DNA of 64,000 nt from an uncultured Saccharospirillaceae bacterium (GTDB lineage: Bacteria > Bacteroidota > Bacteroidia > Flavobacteriales_D > CAJJDF01): positions 1,579 through 65,578 of the forward strand of contig CATLPG010000007.1 of NCBI GenBank assembly GCA_950054195.1. The letters run 5' to 3'. The notes under the pieces were generated by a model, which made no database searches, had not been told where the DNA came from, and saw only the letters and a program-made list of their open reading frames with translations. Shown piece by piece: positions 56,794 to 64,000 of the stretch. The translations under genes and the position numbers were made by a program. The first letter of the stretch is position 1. Each line of letters begins with the position of its first letter.

Positions 56794-57819
56794 TTAAAGA
56801 GTCTTTTTTGTGTGCTTGTAGTCTTCAAATAATCCAATGAACAACCAATCTGCAAGTGCTTGTCTGTTTTTGTGATCGAGTATTCGTTTTTGGTCTTTTG
56901 GGTTTTTGATATTCCCTAACTCTATATAAACCATTGCAGGATGGGTGTTTTTTACCATATACAAATTAGTTCTTGAACTAACTGTTCCATCATACTCCCT
57001 GTTGGGTTGGTGTTTTTTATATTGTTTTTTAAAAGTTTTAAGTAGGGTGTTAGCTAACTGTTTTCCATTTTTACTTTTTTTATGATGATAAAAAAAGACG
57101 TCAATATTTTTCTTTTTACTCCTGCTATCAATATGAATTGTTACCAAACGTTGATGCCGAGGCTTGTGTGTTTTGTAGAGTTTATTGATTGTTTTTGTAC
57201 GTTGTTTTAGTCTTGCTAGTTGTCCAAGAGGTATTTTTTCGTTTGGATGATTGTACTCGTCATGATCTATTTCTAATAGTTTTTCATCTCTAATTCCATC
57301 TGTGGAGTCTTTGATAATTAAATATACTTTTGCTCCATAGGAGAGTAAGTTTTTTGCGAGTCGTAAAGTCACATCATAAGCATATTCGTCTTCACTAATT
57401 AGCTGTTTGGAATACGTAGTTATTGCGCCAGGGTCAGGTCCACCATGACCAGAAACCAAATAAAAAACTGTTCCACTTAAAGAGTCACTAATTATTTCAA
57501 CGTCTTGATACTCTTTTCCAAAAATCGGATATGAAGTAACCGTTGGAGTAGATGGTTTTTCAACTATAGGTAATAAATAAGTTTCACCTATAATTAACCC
57601 GTTATCATTTATTAATTGATCTTTATTTAAATCAATAAATGTTTGATAATAATCAGTTATAGAAAGATTGTGTTTTTCCAGCACACTATAAATACCATCA
57701 CCACTTTTAGCAATATATTTTTTGTGCGTTTTTTGACTGTAGCCTAGAGAGCATCCAGCAAAAACTAAAGTGAATAAAGTGAATAAAATAAGCTTTGTTA
57801 ATTTAGAAAGGAGCATCAT
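56794..57819 (-). CDS. N-acetylmuramoyl-L-alanine amidase (Amidase_3) lipoprotein with LysM-like domain
   Basis: Lipobox VFAGC-S after MMLLSKLTKLILF. A LysM-like stretch is YIAKSGDGIYSVLEKHNLS. The amidase core is SGHGGPDPGA...VTIHIDS...ELGN. The longest ORF (to 57873) would overlap dnaB by 70 nt, so the start at 57819/57816 is preferred. Confidence 0.8.
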   Translation of the reverse strand: MMLLSKLTKLILFTLFTLVFAGCSLGYSQKTHKKYIAKSGDGIYSVLEKHNLSITDYYQTFIDLNKDQLINDNGLIIGETYLLPIVEKPSTPTVTSYPIFGKEYQDVEIISDSLSGTVFYLVSGHGGPDPGAITTYSKQLISEDEYAYDVTLRLAKNLLSYGAKVYLIIKDSTDGIRDEKLLEIDHDEYNHPNEKIPLGQLARLKQRTKTINKLYKTHKPRHQRLVTIHIDSRSKKKNIDVFFYHHKKSKNGKQLANTLLKTFKKQYKKHQPNREYDGTVSSRTNLYMVKNTHPAMVYIELGNIKNPKDQKRILDHKNRQALADWLFIGLFEDYKHTKKTL

Positions 57820-59377
57820 CCCCTTGTTCAAAAAAGTCATTGCCTCCACCAAAGTCGTCATCATCAAAATCATTCATTTTAGAAGGCATGGTCATTGTTC
57901 CTGAATTATCAAAATCATTACTTGGACTTAGCGGATTGAAATCATCTCCGCCAAACTCATCTAAATTTTCAAATTTGGCGTACTGACCAATAAACTTAAG
58001 TTTAACATTTTCTAATGAACCGTTTCTGTGCTTAGCAATGATAATTTCACCAGTACCTAATGTGGAATTTCCATCTTCGTCTTCTGTGATTCCATAATAT
58101 TCTGGACGATAGATAAAGGAAACAATATCTGCATCTTGCTCAATCGCACCAGATTCCCTTAAATCAGATAACATTGGTCGTTTATCACCCCCTCTGGTCT
58201 CAACCGAACGGCTTAACTGTGATAATGCGATAATTGGGACATTTAACTCCTTTGCAACAGTTTTAATAGACCGCGAAATCATCGAAATTTCTTGCTCACG
58301 ATTTCCTTTTGATTCTCCACCTCCAGTCATTAATTGCAAATAATCTATAATGATTAAATCAATATCGTGTTGTGCTTTTAGTCTTCTCGCTTTTGCTCTA
58401 AATTCAAAAATAGAAAGGGCGGGAGTATCATCAATAAATATTGGTGCTTCTGATAACCTACCAATTCTAGCGTGTAATTGTTGAAACTCGTGTGGAGCTA
58501 GGTTTCCTTTTCTAAGTTTTTCAGCAGGAATTTCTGTTTCTCCAGAAATCAAACGATTTACCAGCTGTACGGAACTCATCTCTAGAGAAAAAACTGCTAC
58601 AGGTTTATTAAATTGAACAGCTGTGTTTCTTGCCATGGAAAGGACAAAAGCTGTTTTACCCATACCAGGACGAGCAGCTAAAACAACCATGTCTGATCGT
58701 TGCCAACCAGAGGTAACTCTATCTAATGCAGTAAAACCAGTAGGTATACCGCTAATCCCTCCTTCGTTATTTTGAGCATTCTCTATCTCTTCAATAGCTT
58801 GTTGCATGATTTTACTCATGCTGTCGTAGTTTTTACGGATATTTCCTTCCGCAACTTTAAATAAGTTCGTCTCAGCTTTGTCTAATAGGTCAAATACATC
58901 CGTAGTTTCATCGTAAGCAGCTTTAATAGTGTCTGATGAAATTCTTATCAATTCTCTTTGGATAAACTTTTGGGCGATAATACGTGCGTGGTGTTCAACA
59001 TTTGCAGCAGATGCAACTCGATTTGTTAACTGACTAATATAATAAGCACCACCAACAAACTCTAACTCGCCTCGTTGCCTTAATTCTTGAGTTACAGTTA
59101 ATAAGTCGATAGCTTCACCTTTACCAAATAAGTCTTTGATAACGCTGTAAATTTTTTGGTGAGCCTCTTTATAAAAACTTTCAGGCTGTAATACATCAAT
59201 CGCATCATTAACCGCATTTTTTTCTAGCATCAATGCTCCTAAAACAGCTTCTTCAAAGTCAACTGCTTGAGGTGGAACTCTTCCTGATTCATTATAAAAA
59301 TTAGCATTGCTTTTTTTTCTAATGCTTCTTTTATTAGAAGGAGTTGTAGGGCGTATGTCATTTGATGATTCATCCAT
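57803..59377 (-). CDS. dnaB: Replicative DNA helicase DnaB with N-terminal extension and acidic C-terminal tail
   Basis: PPQAVDFEEAVLGALML, Walker A ARPGMGKTAF, Walker B IIDYLQLM, and SQLSR...RP.LSDLRESG.IEQDAD. Confidence 0.95.
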   Translation of the reverse strand: MDESSNDIRPTTPSNKRSIRKKSNANFYNESGRVPPQAVDFEEAVLGALMLEKNAVNDAIDVLQPESFYKEAHQKIYSVIKDLFGKGEAIDLLTVTQELRQRGELEFVGGAYYISQLTNRVASAANVEHHARIIAQKFIQRELIRISSDTIKAAYDETTDVFDLLDKAETNLFKVAEGNIRKNYDSMSKIMQQAIEEIENAQNNEGGISGIPTGFTALDRVTSGWQRSDMVVLAARPGMGKTAFVLSMARNTAVQFNKPVAVFSLEMSSVQLVNRLISGETEIPAEKLRKGNLAPHEFQQLHARIGRLSEAPIFIDDTPALSIFEFRAKARRLKAQHDIDLIIIDYLQLMTGGGESKGNREQEISMISRSIKTVAKELNVPIIALSQLSRSVETRGGDKRPMLSDLRESGAIEQDADIVSFIYRPEYYGITEDEDGNSTLGTGEIIIAKHRNGSLENVKLKFIGQYAKFENLDEFGGDDFNPLSPSNDFDNSGTMTMPSKMNDFDDDDFGGGNDFFEQGDDAPF

Positions 59378-59548
59378 AGCTCAAAGGTAAAACCTTTATT
59401 TGTATTGAACATGAAAAGTTTTGAAAGAAGCTTATTAACAAATGTTGAAAACTGTGCCTTTAAATACTTAACAAGGGGAATTTATAAGCATAATTCGTAA
59501 GAAAATTGTATTTTGAACGACTGATAATTATTAATAAAGTCAATTGAT

Positions 59549-60799
59549 ATGAATAAAATACTATTATCTAGCTTATTAGCTGGGTTAAGCTTTTTCTCTC
59601 ACAGTCAAAACCTAGAAGACCATCGTTTATCTGATGGAAGAATAAATGATTATACGATTGTTGAGGATGCTTTGAATACAAGATTTCCAGGTTATATGGA
59701 TCAAGCAAATCAATTATATGATCAAGTAACGAATGCTATAAATAACCAAGCTACTAGGTCTTCCAACCAAAAATTAACTATTAATGTTGTTGTTCATGTA
59801 GTCTGGAAGCAGTCTGCAGAAAATATATCAGATTTCTTTATTGATGAACAAATCAGAATTTTAAATGAAGCTTTTCAAAGGCAAAATGCTGACACTACGA
59901 ATATGCGATCAGTTTTTCAACCTATAGCAGGGAACCCAAACATCGAATTTGTTTTAGCAGGAACTGAAAGAGTGCAAACTACAACAGATTTCAATGCAGA
60001 CTTCTTTGGGGGAACATTGTATGATGACATTAAATCTTATTCTTCCGGAGGTAGCAGTCCATGGGATCCTTCTTCTTTTTTAAATATTTGGGTTGGTAGA
60101 CTTCAAGGTGATTTTTTACTGGGGTATGCCTATCCGCCAAATGGAGCGCCAGGATGGCAAGGTAATCCACCAGTTACAGCTGATGTAGACGGTGTAGTAA
60201 TTGATTATCGAGCGTTTGGTCCTTTTGGTAACTTCCAAGGAAATCCTATTCAAGGAATGACCACTGTGCATGAAGTTGGACATTACCTAGGTTTAAGACA
60301 CATTTGGGGAGATGGTGACTGTACTGCTGATGACAATGTTAATGATACACCGATTGCAGCTGAAGAGAGTGCGTTTGACTGCGACAAAAACAAGAATTCA
60401 TGTAATCAGGGTGCAGGTGACTTACCAGATATGGTAGAAAACTACATGGATTACTCTCAAGAAAGTTGTCAAAATTCGTTTACTCAAGGTCAAGCAGATT
60501 TAATGAGATTAATAATAAATGATTTCAGACCAGGACTATTAACTCCATCTACTGCAGGTATAGAGAAAAATGAGCTTGAAGGCGTAAAAATATTCCCTAA
60601 CCCAGCAACTGATATAGTAACAATAAGCTTAACAAACCAATCAGATTTTCAATACTTAGAAGTATTAGATTTAACAGGAAAAAAAGTATATGATACGCAA
60701 TCATTAACGGTTAATTTATCATCTTTTCAAAAAGGTACCTACCTACTTAATATCTTCACTAAAGAAGGTGTTGCAACAGAAAAATTAATTATCAATTAG
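59549..60799 (+). CDS. M43 (pappalysin/cytophagalysin-like) zinc metalloprotease with T9SS type-A C-terminal sorting domain
   Basis: Has a signal peptide. The zinc site is HEVGHYLGLRHIWGD. The C-terminus KIFPNPATDIVTISL...GTYLLNIFTKEGVATEKLIIN is a Por secretion tail. Confidence 0.85.
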   Translation: MNKILLSSLLAGLSFFSHSQNLEDHRLSDGRINDYTIVEDALNTRFPGYMDQANQLYDQVTNAINNQATRSSNQKLTINVVVHVVWKQSAENISDFFIDEQIRILNEAFQRQNADTTNMRSVFQPIAGNPNIEFVLAGTERVQTTTDFNADFFGGTLYDDIKSYSSGGSSPWDPSSFLNIWVGRLQGDFLLGYAYPPNGAPGWQGNPPVTADVDGVVIDYRAFGPFGNFQGNPIQGMTTVHEVGHYLGLRHIWGDGDCTADDNVNDTPIAAEESAFDCDKNKNSCNQGAGDLPDMVENYMDYSQESCQNSFTQGQADLMRLIINDFRPGLLTPSTAGIEKNELEGVKIFPNPATDIVTISLTNQSDFQYLEVLDLTGKKVYDTQSLTVNLSSFQKGTYLLNIFTKEGVATEKLIIN

Positions 60800-60833
60800 T
60801 AAAAGAGTATTAAAAAAACTAAATTCTTATTTT

Positions 60834-60866
60834 AAAGCTGCCAGTATAATGGTAGCTTTTTCTTTA
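60834..60866 (+). terminator. Rho-independent terminator
   Basis: Stem AAGCTGCCA/TGGTAGCTT (one G-U pair) with a 6-nt loop and a T-rich tail, 35 nt after the stop at 60799. Confidence 0.6.
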
Positions 60867-61039
60867 TAAAAATGAACCAAGTCAACCTATAAGTGTATTA
60901 CTTAATAAGTTATTAACAATTGAGATTTCCTTAATGTTTTGGGCGTTTTCAGCTGTATTATCAACAATAAAAGCTATTTTTTTGTTAATAACTACAATTA
61001 TAACTAGTTTTAGAGGTTATATTCACTAGGTTAAGTATA

Positions 61040-64000
61040 GTGTATTTGAGCATTTTTAGGAAACATATCGTTTTGTTTGTCTTCTTGGTAAGCAGTGTAT
61101 CTTTGATTTCGCAGGATGCTGCGGAAAAAGAACGTATCAAAGCTGGGAACAAGGCTTTTGATAAAATGGAGTATATGGAAGCATTGCCTCATTTTCAATA
61201 CCTCCTTTCTTTAAATGAAACCAATCCAGACTATAATTTTAAATATGGAGCCTGCTTAGTCTATAAAAAAGATTTTGAAAATGCTTCCAAGAGATTGAAT
61301 TATGCCGTTGATAATGGTGTTCAAGATCCACGAGTTTACTACTTTTTAGGGAAATTAAATCAGCTTAATTATTCGTTTTCAGCTGCCGCAAGTTACTATG
61401 AACGCTTTGGTATGAAAGCCGATGAAAAGATGCAGAAGGTTTATCAGGTAGATAATGAGATGCAAAAATGTTATGATGCAACTGATCTACTAAAAAATTT
61501 TTCAGAACTAAAAGTATATTCTAAAAAGGAAGCCGATAAAAGTGATTTTTACCGTTATTATGAACCTAAAAGAATAGGAGGGAAGATAATAATAACAGAA
61601 GAATTTAGAACTAAAACGGATAAAAGGAACGATCATCAACCAGTTATATTTTTAGGTTCTGGACAAACGTATGTGCTTTATGCTAGTTACGGGGATAACG
61701 AGGATAATGGCAAAGATATCTACATGAGAGTTCGTCAAGACGATGGGAAATTTGGAGATCCTATTCGTTTGCCAGATAACATTAACACTCCTTACGATGA
61801 AGATTTTCCATACTTGGCCAAAGATGGTAAAACATTATATTTTTCATCAAAAGGACATACTGGTTTAGGGGGGTATGATATTTTTAAAACTACTTTTAAT
61901 CCAGATGCAAACACGGCTTCAAACCCTGTAAATATGGATTTTAAGGTGAATTCGCCTGATGATGATTTGTTTTTTATAGGAGAACCAGATGGAGATAAGG
62001 CTTATTTTGCTTCTTCTCGAGCTGTTCCAGATTCTAAAGTAGAAGTTTTTGATATTGGTATTAAATCGTTCCCACTTCAAGATGTGCTTATAGCGGGTGA
62101 GGTTACAGGTAATTTTACCTCTAGTGATACCAAGCTAAAAATAGAAGCTATAGATGAAGCAAGTAATCAAGAAGTAGAAAAAGTTTACATCAGTCCGGAA
62201 AACCCTAATTTCCTAGTAACGTTGCCTAGAGGAGGAAAATATACATTCAAAGTATCTTCAAAAGTTTCAAAGCAAGTGGTAGAGGCATCTATTGATGTTC
62301 CTTTTACAACTGGATTAAAACCTCTAGGACTTAATATCGACTATCAAATGGATGGTGATAAAGAAACCATTGGTTTAATCAAACGATTTGATCAATCAGT
62401 TGAAAATGAAGGAGAAATCATCGCTTCTTATTACAGGAAGATTTCACAACCAGAAGTTAACCCAGATTTTGACCCAGAGAAGAACGAAGAGAATTATGAT
62501 AAGTCTTTTGTATCTAAAAAAGTACAAGGCTTTATAGATCAAAAGGATCGTGAGCAGCTGAAACTTAATGGTCAGCTTAATTTTGCGAAAGAAAATGCTC
62601 AAAAAGCGATTGATGAAGCGATTGATAATCAAAAACAAGCAGAAGAGGCTATTGCAAATCAAGACTATGACAATGCTCAAAAGTTTCAAACTAAGGCAAA
62701 TAATCAATATTTAAATGCACAGTCATTTACAAATAATATTAAAAAACTTCAAGAAGTAATTAAAAAGAATGACGAGTTGCTTGCTACAGCTGAACAATAT
62801 GAAGGACAGGTAGAAACAGCCTCAGGGGATCAATTAAAGGATATTTCAACGTTTATAAATGATAACCAAGAAGAAGTTATCCTAGCAAATGTTTTTCAAT
62901 CAAACTACAAGGAAAATTTAAAAGAATTAGAAACAGCAGAGCGAAAAAGCTTAATTGTAACTCAATCCATCAGAGAGAATAATAAAAGAGTTGCTCAACT
63001 TGAAACGGATCTTGAAGAAGCTAGAAAAAGAAAGAAACCAGACATTCAAGCTCAAATAGATGTAATTAAAGATGAAAACAAAGCGTTAGCATCAAAGCAA
63101 GAAGAAGCTGAAAACAAGGTTAAACAATTAAGAGAGGAAACAAATCAACTGGCTAATGATGTACTAATCGCAGGACAGGTTAGTGCAAACCAAGTTTCTA
63201 ATGAAAGTGAAGTGTCTGTTGATGAAGTAGTTGCTCAACTCAATGAATACAAACAAGCCTCATCTATTATTGATAATGTAATTGAAGAAAATGGAGGAGA
63301 TGTTACCGATAATACATCTCAAACAGGAACAGATACAGTCGCTAATACTACAAATGAATCTACAGATTCAACTACTGCTCAAAACGATGGTACAAATACC
63401 AATGAAACTAACCCTACAGATACAACTGGAGGGGATGTCGCTCAAAATAGGTTATCTGATACTACAAATAATACTCAGCCAGTAGATACCATTCCTCAAA
63501 AAACACCAGAGGAGATAAAGCAAGAAGAATTAGCAGAGCTCCAAACGAAAGTGGAGGAAGTTCAAGAGAAGAAATTGAAAGAGCTTGAAAGAACACAAAA
63601 ACAAGCTGATTTCACTTATTCAGTAGCAAATCAGTCGTTAGATAGTTTAAAAATTATTAATCGCTTGTTAGCAAATGCTTCTGAGGAAGATAAACCAAAA
63701 TTAGAAGCTGATAAAAAGCGTTTAGCACTGAAGACTTTGGGGTATGCAAAGTTGATGGAAGAGTATGACCAAGCTATGGCTGTACAAAATGATCAATTAG
63801 CAGAGGGGGATAAAATTAAAAAGGCAGGTGTTAACCTAACAACTGAAGATGCAGCCAAAGAGTTTTTAGCAGTAGAAGGAGATGTTTTTTCTGCTAGTGA
63901 TGTTGTTGAACAAAAGCTTGTTGAAAAGGAAAAAGACTTAAAAAGCATAAAAGCGAATCTTGGAGAAGCGAATGCTAAAATTGTTAGAGCAAACAACGAA
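61040..64000 (+). CDS. Partial (3'-truncated by window end) envelope protein: signal peptide, TPR, PD40/TolB-like repeats, carboxypeptidase-regulatory-like domain, then >500 aa of coiled coil with a T/N-rich spacer
   Basis: My own translation is open from the stop at 61001-61003 to the window end, 987 codons from GTG 61040 (MYLSIFRKHIVLFVFLVSSVSLISQD...). Motifs are DEDFPYLAKDGKTLYFSSKGHTGLGGYDIFKT (PD40) and VLIAGEVTG...GGKYTFKVSS. Heptad-rich E/K/Q/L sequence runs from ~62470. It is not in the ORF track because it has no stop and a non-ATG start. Confidence 0.8.
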   Translation, partial: MYLSIFRKHIVLFVFLVSSVSLISQDAAEKERIKAGNKAFDKMEYMEALPHFQYLLSLNETNPDYNFKYGACLVYKKDFENASKRLNYAVDNGVQDPRVYYFLGKLNQLNYSFSAAASYYERFGMKADEKMQKVYQVDNEMQKCYDATDLLKNFSELKVYSKKEADKSDFYRYYEPKRIGGKIIITEEFRTKTDKRNDHQPVIFLGSGQTYVLYASYGDNEDNGKDIYMRVRQDDGKFGDPIRLPDNINTPYDEDFPYLAKDGKTLYFSSKGHTGLGGYDIFKTTFNPDANTASNPVNMDFKVNSPDDDLFFIGEPDGDKAYFASSRAVPDSKVEVFDIGIKSFPLQDVLIAGEVTGNFTSSDTKLKIEAIDEASNQEVEKVYISPENPNFLVTLPRGGKYTFKVSSKVSKQVVEASIDVPFTTGLKPLGLNIDYQMDGDKETIGLIKRFDQSVENEGEIIASYYRKISQPEVNPDFDPEKNEENYDKSFVSKKVQGFIDQKDREQLKLNGQLNFAKENAQKAIDEAIDNQKQAEEAIANQDYDNAQKFQTKANNQYLNAQSFTNNIKKLQEVIKKNDELLATAEQYEGQVETASGDQLKDISTFINDNQEEVILANVFQSNYKENLKELETAERKSLIVTQSIRENNKRVAQLETDLEEARKRKKPDIQAQIDVIKDENKALASKQEEAENKVKQLREETNQLANDVLIAGQVSANQVSNESEVSVDEVVAQLNEYKQASSIIDNVIEENGGDVTDNTSQTGTDTVANTTNESTDSTTAQNDGTNTNETNPTDTTGGDVAQNRLSDTTNNTQPVDTIPQKTPEEIKQEELAELQTKVEEVQEKKLKELERTQKQADFTYSVANQSLDSLKIINRLLANASEEDKPKLEADKKRLALKTLGYAKLMEEYDQAMAVQNDQLAEGDKIKKAGVNLTTEDAAKEFLAVEGDVFSASDVVEQKLVEKEKDLKSIKANLGEANAKIVRANNE

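Noticed and set aside
62444-63996. Track ORFs 62444..62707, 63282..63485 and 63793..63996
   Set aside because: All lie inside the 987-codon open frame starting at 61040, which has clear domain motifs. I treat them as artefacts.
1-64000. CRISPR arrays, tRNA/rRNA genes, transposases, integrases and prophage blocks
   Set aside because: My reading of the intergenic regions found no regularly spaced direct repeats and no tRNA-like T-arm strings. No ORF has DDE/tyrosine-recombinase or phage structural motifs.

Overview
The window reads as a low-GC Bacteroidota chromosome segment, probably Flavobacteriia. Supporting signs are type-A and type-B T9SS C-terminal sorting domains, an S46 peptidase, a CCC-motif/DUF2752 gene pair and TAnnTTTG-type -7 boxes. 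It is densely coding, with about 50 genes and no rRNA, tRNA, CRISPR array, transposase or integrase that I can see. Most of it is housekeeping: lysA-lysC, carB, rpmH, cmk, dnaB, fabH-like, apbE, ppk2, transporters and envelope glycosyltransferases. Three features are missing from the ORF track: rpmH (24893..25051, minus strand), a 5'-truncated CDS at 3..236, and a long non-ATG-start ORF open to the window end (61040..64000). All function calls rest on motifs I recognise by eye, since no database search was possible. The two best candidates for an undescribed system are below.

- **1-7.1 kb surface-protein island:** It contains three back-to-back paralogs (3661..7105). They share a conserved tail-fibre-like N-module and carry swapped lectin-like C-terminal cassettes. 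The same jelly-roll module reappears in the neighbouring 1078-aa NHL/LamG protein.
- **Three-gene operon at 53510..56215:** It encodes a secreted GATase1-like protein with a candidate Cys nucleophile. Two roughly 75% identical secreted paralogs with tail-fibre-type motifs follow it.

Secondary items:
- A DnaB with an SSB-like acidic tail ending in DDAPF.
- An Arn-like three-enzyme polyprenyl-phosphate-sugar module.
- An AddA-like helicase-nuclease with no AddB partner, coupled to a pirin gene.
- A ParE/RelE toxin-antitoxin islet.
- A nested palindromic intergenic element.
- A TPR/PD40 envelope protein interrupted by more than 500 aa of coiled coil.
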